Both the position numbers and the translations under genes were made by a program. A model generated the notes under the pieces. That model saw nothing but the letters and a program-made list of their open reading frames with translations, ran no database searches and was not told the origin of the DNA. Shown here in pieces: positions 17,368 to 25,491 of a stretch of DNA of 64,000 nt. Source of the DNA: a virus. Lineage: Duplodnaviria; Caudoviricetes. The DNA is taken from IMG/VR virus record IMGVR_UViG_3300034149_000113, positions 1,050 through 65,049 of that record, one strand, 5' to 3'. Every line of letters starts with the position of its first letter. Positions within the stretch are counted from its first letter, which is position 1.

Positions 17368-18015
17368 ATGCAGCCTTGGTCGTATTCGCATCTCGACAAG
17401 TTCGAGACGTGTGCGAAGCAGTTCTATCACGTCCGCGTGGCGCGTGACGTGGTCGAGCCGCCGACAGTACACACCAGTTGGGGCCATGAAGTCCACTCCG
17501 CGCTGGAGGAGCGCATCATCAACGGCACGCATCTGCCGGAGAGCATGGAGCGCTGGGAGCATCTGGCGGCGCAGGTTGAAGACCTGCCCGGCACCAAGCA
17601 GGCCGAGATCAAGATGGCCATCGCTGCCGACTTCCAGCCCACCGACTGGGACAACGCCTGGTCACGCGGTGTCATCGACTTGCTGGTGCTGACACCAACC
17701 AAGGCAGCGGTGATCGACTGGAAGACTGGCAAGTTCAAGCCGTCCGAGCAGATCGAGCTGTACGTTGCCTACACGTTCGCGCACTACCCGCAGCTGGAAG
17801 AGATCAGCGGCGTCTTCGTCTGGTTGAAGGACCGCAAGCTGTCCATCTCCAACTACAAGCGCAAGACCGTGCCTGACATCTGGCAAAGCATACTGCCACG
17901 CGTGGCGCGGCTGGAAGCGGCGTACGAGAATGACAACTGGCCAGCCAAGCCGAGTGGACTGTGCAACGGCTGGTGTCCGGTGAAGTCGTGTCAATACTGG
18001 AAGGAGCGACGATAG
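17368..18015 (+). CDS. Cas4-like PD-(D/E)XK exonuclease
   Basis: WSYS.L..FETC, G.EVH, E, ID, IDWKTG, Q..LY, C.WCP...C; start reassigned to MQPWSYS. Confidence 0.85.
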   Translation: MQPWSYSHLDKFETCAKQFYHVRVARDVVEPPTVHTSWGHEVHSALEERIINGTHLPESMERWEHLAAQVEDLPGTKQAEIKMAIAADFQPTDWDNAWSRGVIDLLVLTPTKAAVIDWKTGKFKPSEQIELYVAYTFAHYPQLEEISGVFVWLKDRKLSISNYKRKTVPDIWQSILPRVARLEAAYENDNWPAKPSGLCNGWCPVKSCQYWKERR

Positions 18016-18320
18016 TGGCGCTGACGCCTGAAGGCAAAGTAAAGGCGGAAATCAAAAAGCTGCTCAAGATTCACGGTGTCTGGTTTTATATGCCGGTGCA
18101 GAACGGCTACGGCAAGGTCGGCATCCCCGACTTCATCTGCTGCTTCAACGGCAAGTTCCTCGCCATTGAAGCCAAGGCACCGGGCAAGGAGAGCGCGCTG
18201 ACGCCGAACCAGCGTAACGTGCTGGAAGCCATTGATGACCACGGAGGGGTAGCCTTGGTCATCAGCGGCAATACCGACGCTCTCATCGCATTCATCGTAG
18301 CCAGTCGCATGGGGAGGTAG
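18015..18320 (+). CDS. VRR-NUC nuclease
   Basis: PEGKVK, GIPDFI, AIEAKAPG, TPNQ. Confidence 0.9.
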   Translation: MALTPEGKVKAEIKKLLKIHGVWFYMPVQNGYGKVGIPDFICCFNGKFLAIEAKAPGKESALTPNQRNVLEAIDDHGGVALVISGNTDALIAFIVASRMGR

Positions 18321-18321
18321 T

Positions 18322-18453
18322 GTGGCCAACGTGAAGAAAGGAACACTGACTCACGCGCCGCAGTGGTGGCGGCACCTGCGCAAGTGGAAACGGTTTTTCT
18401 GGAAGCACGAACGGCAAGCGTACAAACGGCTTATCAAAGGAGAGAGCCAATGA
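18322..18453 (+). CDS. 43-aa basic Trp-rich protein
   Basis: GGAGG SD with GTG; MANVKKGTLTHAPQWWRHLRKWKRFFWK; ATGA overlap. Confidence 0.55.
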   Translation: MANVKKGTLTHAPQWWRHLRKWKRFFWKHERQAYKRLIKGESQ

Positions 18454-18716
18454 GCACCAAGTCGGCGAAGGAAAAGGCGTACGACTCGAAGTACCAGGCC
18501 CGGCCGGAGCAGGTGGAGAACCGCATGGCGCGCAACCGCGCCCGTGCGGCGCTGATGAAGAAGGGGATCGTCCACAAGGGCGACGGCAAGGAAGTCGACC
18601 ACAAGAAGATGATCGACTCGGGAGGTAGCAATGCGGTGGGCAATCTGCGGGCGATTCCAGCAGCAACAAATCGCGCATGGCGCAAGAGAAACCCTGGTGC
18701 CTATGGGAAGAAGTGA
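18450..18716 (+). CDS. Small HNH endonuclease
   Basis: KGDGKEVDHKK...SN...NLR....NR. Confidence 0.8.
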   Translation: MSTKSAKEKAYDSKYQARPEQVENRMARNRARAALMKKGIVHKGDGKEVDHKKMIDSGGSNAVGNLRAIPAATNRAWRKRNPGAYGKK

Positions 18717-18942
18717 TCGGCTGATAAGCAGGTACACGGCAAAACGCCTGTTTCAAGGCGCGCCAGTTCCCGACGGCGTTGACGACATCAGCGTTAGCCA
18801 AACTATTGACCCGGAGACTTTCAACTACGGCACCCAAGTCAACTGGAAGGTGCGCGGCATGCAGCACAGCATGACCATTCCCGACGGAGCTGATGGCGGC
18901 ATCATCGCAGTCCTCGTAGCCATGAGGTTGAGCACGACATGA
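18703..18942 (+). CDS. Small hypothetical protein (C-terminal LVAMRLS)
   Basis: Paralog of the next gene. Confidence 0.55.
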   Translation: MGRSDRLISRYTAKRLFQGAPVPDGVDDISVSQTIDPETFNYGTQVNWKVRGMQHSMTIPDGADGGIIAVLVAMRLSTT

Positions 18943-19193
18943 CAGTCGCAGACGACTTGCGTTTCGTGCCGCACTACTGGGTGAGGCCGTACATCAACAG
19001 CCAATCCATTGGCATGTTGTACGGCAGGGAAGTACCGGTAGGGGTCGCGCAAGTGAACCTGGGCTCGAAAGCTGGCACTTACGGCACTTGGGTGTACTGG
19101 GTCACCGACAAAGGAGGACGCCACGAAATGGCCATGCCTGAAGACGGCGACGTAACCGCAGTGATCGTGGCTATGAGGTTGAGCGCATGTTGA
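18939..19193 (+). CDS. Small hypothetical protein (C-terminal IVAMRLS)
   Basis: ATGA overlap; shares the 3' sequence ATGAGGTTGAGC with the previous gene. Confidence 0.6.
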   Translation: MTVADDLRFVPHYWVRPYINSQSIGMLYGREVPVGVAQVNLGSKAGTYGTWVYWVTDKGGRHEMAMPEDGDVTAVIVAMRLSAC

Positions 19194-20761
19194 TCTACAA
19201 AGAGAAGCAGGCTGTGTTGCTGAAGCTGCACCAACCGTCTCGGGTGACGACAGTCATCCCTACGGCCAAGCTGGTAAACCATGAAGGAAATACGCTGGTA
19301 GCCGTGCCGCACCGGCCGGACGAAGCGCGCGTGCTGAGGCAGCTGGGCTTCGACGTGCCCGAGCCGATGAAGGCGTACTACAACTGGCCCGGCCAGTACA
19401 AGCCGTTCTCGGCGCAGATCGAAACGTCGAGCTTCCTGACCATGAACAGCCGCGCCTTCTGCCTGAACAGCATGGGCCTGGGCAAGACCATCAGCGCGCT
19501 GTGGGCCTATGACTACATGCGCTCGGTCAAGCAGGCGAAGCGGGCGCTGGTGATCTGTCCGCTGTCGACCATGGAGCGGGCCTGGGCCGACGAGATTTTC
19601 CGCAGCTTCCCCGACATGACGGCCACGGTGCTGTACGGCACGGCGAAGCGGCGGCGCAAGCTGCTGGCGACGAAGGCCGACATCTACATCATCAACACCG
19701 ACGGGCTGGCCACGGTGAAGGAAGACCTTGCCAGCCGTGGCGACATCAACCTGGTGATCGTGGACGAGGCAGCGTTGTACCGCAACCAAGGCACAAACCG
19801 TTGGAAGGTTCTGAACACAGTCATCAACCGCCAAACGCCACGTAGGGTGTGGGCACTCACCGGCGCGCCAACGCCGAACGAGCCCACCGACGCATGGGCA
19901 CAGTGCCGCGTCATCACCCCCGCCAACCCCGAGCTGCCGAAGTACTTCAACAAGTTCCGCGAGCAGGTGATGCGGCAGGTGTCGCCGTTCAAGTGGGTAA
20001 CTCGTCCCGGCGCGGCCGAGGTCGTGGCCAACATCCTGAAGCCGTCGATCCGTTACGCGCTTGACGACGTACTCGACCTGCCGGAGCAGATCACCGTCAC
20101 CCGCGAAGTCGAGATGACGCCGGAGCAAAAGGTCGTCTACAAGGACATGGTGACCAAGCTGCGCGCCAACTTCGGCGGCGACCCCATCCTCGCCGTCAAC
20201 GAAGCGGTGAAGGCCGGCAAGCTGATGCAGATCGCCTGCGGCGTGGCCTATGGCCACAACGGTTCGGAAGTGGTGCTCCCGGCCGCGCCCCGCGTAGACG
20301 TGGTGAAGGAAGTCATCGAGGAATCCGAGGGCAAGGTGCTGGTGTTCGTGCCATTCACCAGCGTGCTTACGCACTTGGCTGCGGACCTGCAGGCTGAATT
20401 CGGGTTCGACGCAGTGGAGATGGTGTACGGCGACGTGACCAAGGACGCCCGCGACAAGATTTATTCGGCGTTCCAGAAGCGCGACGAAGGGCCACGGGTG
20501 ATCGTGGCTGCGCCCGGTACGATGAGCCACGGGCTGACGCTCACGGCGGCCACCACCATCATCTGGTTCGCGCCGATCTACAGCAACGAAATCTACGAAC
20601 AAGCGTGCGCTCGCGTACGTCGCCCAGGGCAGTCCCGCACGACGGTTATCGTGCACATCAGTGGCTCGTTGGTGGAGAAACGCTGCTACGAGCGGCTGAA
20701 AAACAAGCAGCGAATTCAAGGCACTCTGCTTGATTTGCTGGAGGAGGAAGAAACCATTTGA
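19187..20761 (+). CDS. SNF2-family (SF2) helicase
   Basis: MGLGKT, DEA, LTGAPTPN, HGLTLT, QACARVRRPGQ. Confidence 0.92.
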   Translation: MLIYKEKQAVLLKLHQPSRVTTVIPTAKLVNHEGNTLVAVPHRPDEARVLRQLGFDVPEPMKAYYNWPGQYKPFSAQIETSSFLTMNSRAFCLNSMGLGKTISALWAYDYMRSVKQAKRALVICPLSTMERAWADEIFRSFPDMTATVLYGTAKRRRKLLATKADIYIINTDGLATVKEDLASRGDINLVIVDEAALYRNQGTNRWKVLNTVINRQTPRRVWALTGAPTPNEPTDAWAQCRVITPANPELPKYFNKFREQVMRQVSPFKWVTRPGAAEVVANILKPSIRYALDDVLDLPEQITVTREVEMTPEQKVVYKDMVTKLRANFGGDPILAVNEAVKAGKLMQIACGVAYGHNGSEVVLPAAPRVDVVKEVIEESEGKVLVFVPFTSVLTHLAADLQAEFGFDAVEMVYGDVTKDARDKIYSAFQKRDEGPRVIVAAPGTMSHGLTLTAATTIIWFAPIYSNEIYEQACARVRRPGQSRTTVIVHISGSLVEKRCYERLKNKQRIQGTLLDLLEEEETI

Positions 20762-20805
20762 CGCTGGCGTAGTGCATCACTAACATCACTGACTCGAAGG
20801 ACATC

Positions 20806-21189
20806 ATGAAAGTATCGGAACTGGTTGGGAAGTACATCGAACTGCGCGACAAGAAGGCTGCACTCAAGGCCGAGTACGATAAAAAAGTCGAGTCACTCGA
20901 CGCGGTGCTGGCGCAGATCGAAGCGAAGTTTTTGGAGGTGTTTCAGCAGACCGGCATCAACTCCGTGGCGACCGAAGCGGGGACGGCCTATCAGGCCATC
21001 CGCACGTCGGCAACCGTCGCGGACCGCGACACGTTCTTCGACTTCGTCCGCAGCAGGGAAGAGTGGACGTTGCTGGAAGCGCGGGCAGCAAAAACCGCAG
21101 TCGAGCAGTACAAAGAAGCGCACGGTGAATTGCCGCCGGGGTTGAACTGGCGTGAAGAACGCGTCGTCAATTTCCGTCGGTCGTCGTAA
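20806..21189 (+). CDS. Conserved replication-module coiled-coil protein (Gam-like fold possible)
   Basis: AAGGA SD; YIELRD..., SVATEAGTAY; typical position between helicase and SSB. Confidence 0.6.
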   Translation: MKVSELVGKYIELRDKKAALKAEYDKKVESLDAVLAQIEAKFLEVFQQTGINSVATEAGTAYQAIRTSATVADRDTFFDFVRSREEWTLLEARAAKTAVEQYKEAHGELPPGLNWREERVVNFRRSS

Positions 21190-21212
21190 TCCAACAAGGA
21201 GCAATACACTCA

Positions 21213-22163
21213 ATGAACCTCGTACCGTTTGAAAACTCGGCGTTGCCGGCCTACCTGGCAGACCCCCACGCAGCATCCCTCAACACCGACCTCACCAGCC
21301 ACACCACTCCGGCGTTCCCGGTCTGCTCGATCAAGGGCAAGGTGTTCGCCATCGTCCGCGACGGCGAGCGTCAGATGGTGATGAACCCGAAGGACCCGGA
21401 CAGCCCCGCCACGCACATCGACGTCGTGCTGGTGAAGGCCAACAAGGCCACGTCCAAGGTGTTCTACCTCGAAGGCTACGACGAGAAGGCCGAAGCCAAG
21501 AAGCCCGACTGCTGGTCGAACGACGGCGTCAAGCCGGACCCCACCGCCGAGTCGCCGCAGGCTCCCGCCTGTGCCGGCTGCAAGCACAACCAGTGGGGCA
21601 GCAAGGTCAGCAGCGACCGTGCCGACAAGACCGCCAAGGGCAAGGCCTGTGCCGACGTAGTGCGCATGGCCATCGCCGCGCCCAACATGATCAACGACCC
21701 CATGCTGCTGCGGGTGCCCCCGGCATCCCTGCGCACGCTGGCCGAGTACGGCGCGATGCTGGCCAAGCGTGGAGTCGGCTACAACAAGGTCATCACCAAG
21801 GTGGCGTTCGACATGGAAGTGCCGACGCCGAAGCTGACCTTCAAGGCACTGGCGTTCATCACCGAGGACATGTACGCGCAGGCCAAGGAGATCGCCGAGA
21901 CCGACCTGGTGAAGAGCATCATCGGCAGCATCTTCGGCACCGGTGAGCAGGAGCCTGCTGCGGCTCCCGCGCCTGCGCCCGCTGCGGCCCCTGCCAAGGC
22001 CGTGGCTGCGCCCAAGCCGGCAGCGGCTACCAAGGCGAAGGCGAACGGCAACGGCGCTGCTGCAGCCCCGGCTGTGGCTGCTCCCGTGGCTCCTCCGGTT
22101 ACGCCGGATGTCGCCAACATGAACGTCGATCTGAACCTGAGCAATCTCAGCTTCGACGACTGA
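21213..22163 (+). CDS. Putative ssDNA-binding or annealing protein
   Basis: SIKGKVF, KPDCWSNDG, C..C.HNQWGS, GKAC, LRVP.ASL; Ala/Pro linker and acidic-aromatic tail SFDD. Confidence 0.6.
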   Translation: MNLVPFENSALPAYLADPHAASLNTDLTSHTTPAFPVCSIKGKVFAIVRDGERQMVMNPKDPDSPATHIDVVLVKANKATSKVFYLEGYDEKAEAKKPDCWSNDGVKPDPTAESPQAPACAGCKHNQWGSKVSSDRADKTAKGKACADVVRMAIAAPNMINDPMLLRVPPASLRTLAEYGAMLAKRGVGYNKVITKVAFDMEVPTPKLTFKALAFITEDMYAQAKEIAETDLVKSIIGSIFGTGEQEPAAAPAPAPAAAPAKAVAAPKPAAATKAKANGNGAAAAPAVAAPVAPPVTPDVANMNVDLNLSNLSFDD

Positions 22164-22181
22164 CTAACGCAGTAGCAAGCG

Positions 22182-22214
22182 GCAGCGTGGGGGCGCTGCA
22201 ATCCCCCACGCTGC
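22182..22214 (+). other. 12-bp perfect intergenic hairpin (processing or stability element)
   Basis: GCAGCGTGGGGG/CCCCCACGCTGC; no U-tract. Confidence 0.7.
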
Positions 22215-22234
22215 TCCCTGTAAGGAGCAGTCCC

Positions 22235-22486
22235 ATGGCAATTGCAATAGACAAGCGGAAGGTGCGCGGGGTGGTGCTCGCCTGTAACGAGCTGCTGAAG
22301 GCCAACGAGTTTGGCTACGGCGACGCCATCATCGGGCTGTCCGAGCTGATCGGCCGCATCATCGTCGACAAGTCCGGCACGTCGATCCAGGCCGAAGAGT
22401 TGCGTCAGGTGGTGATCGACCACATCACAGCCACCATCAACGCAGGGGCCGAAGCAGCGGGGAAGGTAGTTGTCGCTCGGGCATGA
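22235..22486 (+). CDS. Hypothetical protein
   Basis: AAGGAG SD; start reassigned to MAIAIDK. Confidence 0.7.
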   Translation: MAIAIDKRKVRGVVLACNELLKANEFGYGDAIIGLSELIGRIIVDKSGTSIQAEELRQVVIDHITATINAGAEAAGKVVVARA

Positions 22487-25430
22487 CGTGGACACCCGTG
22501 AATTCTTCGAGGCAACTCTTCCCGACACGGGGTACTACTACCTGTTCCTCCTGCCAGCGCGGCGGCACATCGCCTTCGCCTCGCTGGAGGAGATGGCCAA
22601 GGCGGTACTGAAGTATGACAACAACCCGAAATGTACGGTTTACCACGCTTGTTCCTCGTTCACGCATCAGAGCGTGGTGGGCGAGGATGGAAAGAAGAAG
22701 CACCGCGTCCCGGCTAACCATCATCGCGCCAAGTCGCTATGGATTGATGTCGATTGCGGTGAGGAGAAAGCGGCTGAGAAGCGAGGCTACCTTACCAAGC
22801 TGGATGCGTGGCAAGCCGTTTCAGCCTTCTGCACGAAGGTAGGGCTACCGCTGCCGCTGGTGGTGGATTCCGGCAACGGCATCCACTGCTACTGGCCGCT
22901 GACCAAGTCGATCAAGCCTGGCGCGTGGCAGGTGCTGGCCGTTGGCTTGAAGGAAGCGCTGGCGCGGGAAGGGGTACTGGTCGACCCGACACGTACGCAC
23001 GACTTCAGCAGCGTGCTGCGGCCACCGGGGTCGACCAACCGCAAGCGCGAACCGCATCGCCCGGTGCTGGTGAAAAAAGCTACAACTTTCGTTGCTCCGG
23101 AGCTGATCCAGCAAGTACTGCTTCAACTGGTTGGCAATGTAACAGTTCAAGCGCCCACTGCGCCGGCCGGTACTGCAGGGGACGCGTCGATCAACGAGGA
23201 CCTTACAGCTCATCTGCCAACATCGTTGCCATCTTCCGCCGAGGAGATCGCCAACCGCTGCGCGCAGGTGGCGGCGGTGCGCGACACCAAGGGCGACGTC
23301 AGCTACGAGCACTGGCGCGGCGTCATCGGCCTCATCAAGCACTGCACCGAGGGTCTGCCGCTGGCCGAGGCATGGACTGAGGAGCGAGCGGCCACCGGGC
23401 ACAGCAGCGTCGACTTCAAGACGCGCTACGAGACGTGGACGACCGGCCCTCCGACCTGCGACTTCTTCGCCGGGGTCAACCCGGCTGGGTGCAACGGCTG
23501 TCCGCACTCCGGCAAGATCAAGACGCCGATGGTGCTCGGGCGCATCGAGCCGGAGCCAGCAGCCATGCTGCTGTCGATGGAGGTCGATGGCCAGCCGGTC
23601 GATATCGAAGTGCCACCACTGCCCAACGGCTTCTCCTGGAGCGGGCAGCAGCTGATCCGTTGGCTGAAGCGCGACGGCAACTCGGAGCCGTTCCCGTTCT
23701 GCAAGACGCTGTTCTACCCCATCAGCCGCCTGAAGCGCGACGATGGCACCTACGGCATGGGCATCCGCTCGCACACCAACAAGCGCATGCGCGAGTTCGA
23801 GATCGACACCGGTCTGCTGGCTTCGCCCACCAAGCTGTTGGAAGCTCTAGGGCATAACGGAGAGATCGTCAGCATGAACAACAAGGACTCCAGCGCGCAC
23901 GTCACCGCGTACCTGCGCGATTCCCTGGAAGAGCTGAAGCAACGCGCTGACGAGCTAAGCGTGATGACCTCGTTTGGCTGGAAGAACGAAATGCAGGACT
24001 TCCTGATCGGCAAGCGGCTGTACCGCAGCGACGGCAGCATGCGGGTAGTGATGCTGGGTGGCATCGGCAGCGCCTACGCCGATCACTTCCCCGAGCCCAT
24101 GGGCACGGTGGAGAGCTACAGCAAGGCGCTCAACCACGTCTTCGACCGCCCCGGCATGGAGTGTTTGCAGTACGCCATCGCCAGTGGCTTCGGCAGCGTG
24201 CTCACGCCGTTCGGCGAGGACGACTACCACGGGCTGATGGTCTGCCTCACCGGTGGCAAGACCGGGCAGGGCAAGACGTCGGCCTGCGCTGCCGCGCTGT
24301 ACGCCTTCGGGGATGCGCCGAGCATGACCATCCTCAGCGAGAAGGGCACCACCGTCAACGCCTTCTACACGCAGATGGGCGTGTATGCCAACCTGCCGCT
24401 GCTGATGGACGAGTACACCAACATCAAGCCGGAAGAGCTGAGCGACTACTGCTACTCGATCTCCGGGGGCAAGGACAAGAAGCGGCTGTTCAACACGCCG
24501 AAGGGCGTGCGCGCCTCGACCCATACCCACTGGCGGCTGAGCCCGTTCGTCACCACCAACAAGGACCTGCACGCCATCCTCGCGCTGCACACCGCCAACT
24601 CGCAGGCGGAAGCCGTGCGGTTGATCCAGATCAAGGTGGACACCTACCCCATCCCCATCCTGCCCGGTGGCGAAGTGCCATCGGCCATGACGCAGATGCG
24701 GCTCAACCGGGGCAAGGCGGGCGAGGCGTTCATCCGCTACGTGGTCGCCAACCGGGACGAAGTGTTCGCGCTCTACCGCGACACCATCGCCTCGTTGGGC
24801 GAGGAGATAGCCGGCCCGAAGTACCGCTTCTTCCGCAACCAGGGCGCGGCTACGCTGACGGCGCTCAAGTTGATGAACCAGCTGGCAATTGCCAACTTCG
24901 ACTACAAGCAGTTGTTCGCTTTCACCGTTGACTTGATGAAGCGCCTGGCTGAAGACGTCACCGAGCACAATACGTTGACAGCCGAGAATGCGATCAACCA
25001 GATGGTCAACGAGCTGAATCCACGCATCTTGTCCACGGTTGAGTTCCGCGACAACCGCGATGCGCGTGGACCGGAGATCACGCAGCGCATCCCGCAGGCC
25101 GTGGCCGGACGCTACATCATGGGCAGCGCGAGCGGCAAGGAGCCACTGGCCGGTCGGCTGTACCTGGTCAGGAAGGAGATGCGCGACTGGTGCATGAAGC
25201 ACCGGATGGAGCTTGACGCGGTGCTGACCTACCTGCGCGACGCCGACCTGCTGGTGGCTGACAACGAGCGTTTCACGCTGACTCGCGGCACCGAGCACGC
25301 GATCACTAACCAGATGTGCGTGGTGATCAACATGCACAAACTCTCGGACCAACTACCAAATAGTCCCAAGTTAGTAGTCCACACCGGTGGACGCGCTGTT
25401 GCCACGGACAAAACGGGGGTGGTACAGTAG
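22470..25430 (+). CDS. Primase-helicase (RepB/AEP-like primase, PriCT-2, Zn motif, DUF927-type helicase)
   Basis: VVDSGNGIHCYW; YEHWRGV; C..F...C..C; Walker A GKTGQGKT; LLMDE. Confidence 0.85.
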   Translation: MSLGHDVDTREFFEATLPDTGYYYLFLLPARRHIAFASLEEMAKAVLKYDNNPKCTVYHACSSFTHQSVVGEDGKKKHRVPANHHRAKSLWIDVDCGEEKAAEKRGYLTKLDAWQAVSAFCTKVGLPLPLVVDSGNGIHCYWPLTKSIKPGAWQVLAVGLKEALAREGVLVDPTRTHDFSSVLRPPGSTNRKREPHRPVLVKKATTFVAPELIQQVLLQLVGNVTVQAPTAPAGTAGDASINEDLTAHLPTSLPSSAEEIANRCAQVAAVRDTKGDVSYEHWRGVIGLIKHCTEGLPLAEAWTEERAATGHSSVDFKTRYETWTTGPPTCDFFAGVNPAGCNGCPHSGKIKTPMVLGRIEPEPAAMLLSMEVDGQPVDIEVPPLPNGFSWSGQQLIRWLKRDGNSEPFPFCKTLFYPISRLKRDDGTYGMGIRSHTNKRMREFEIDTGLLASPTKLLEALGHNGEIVSMNNKDSSAHVTAYLRDSLEELKQRADELSVMTSFGWKNEMQDFLIGKRLYRSDGSMRVVMLGGIGSAYADHFPEPMGTVESYSKALNHVFDRPGMECLQYAIASGFGSVLTPFGEDDYHGLMVCLTGGKTGQGKTSACAAALYAFGDAPSMTILSEKGTTVNAFYTQMGVYANLPLLMDEYTNIKPEELSDYCYSISGGKDKKRLFNTPKGVRASTHTHWRLSPFVTTNKDLHAILALHTANSQAEAVRLIQIKVDTYPIPILPGGEVPSAMTQMRLNRGKAGEAFIRYVVANRDEVFALYRDTIASLGEEIAGPKYRFFRNQGAATLTALKLMNQLAIANFDYKQLFAFTVDLMKRLAEDVTEHNTLTAENAINQMVNELNPRILSTVEFRDNRDARGPEITQRIPQAVAGRYIMGSASGKEPLAGRLYLVRKEMRDWCMKHRMELDAVLTYLRDADLLVADNERFTLTRGTEHAITNQMCVVINMHKLSDQLPNSPKLVVHTGGRAVATDKTGVVQ

Positions 25431-25454
25431 CGCCCACCTTGTTGGTTCCCCTCC

Positions 25455-25491
25455 AGCCCGACGGCCCCCCAGCTGCTCGGGCTTCTTTTTT
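25455..25491 (+). terminator. Rho-independent terminator between the convergent arms
   Basis: AGCCCGA/TCGGGCT stem followed by TCTTTTTT. Confidence 0.7.

Noticed and set aside
17368-18015. Cas4-like nuclease as a sign of a CRISPR system
   Set aside because: No repeat-spacer array or other cas genes; stand-alone Cas4-like exonucleases are routine in phage replication modules
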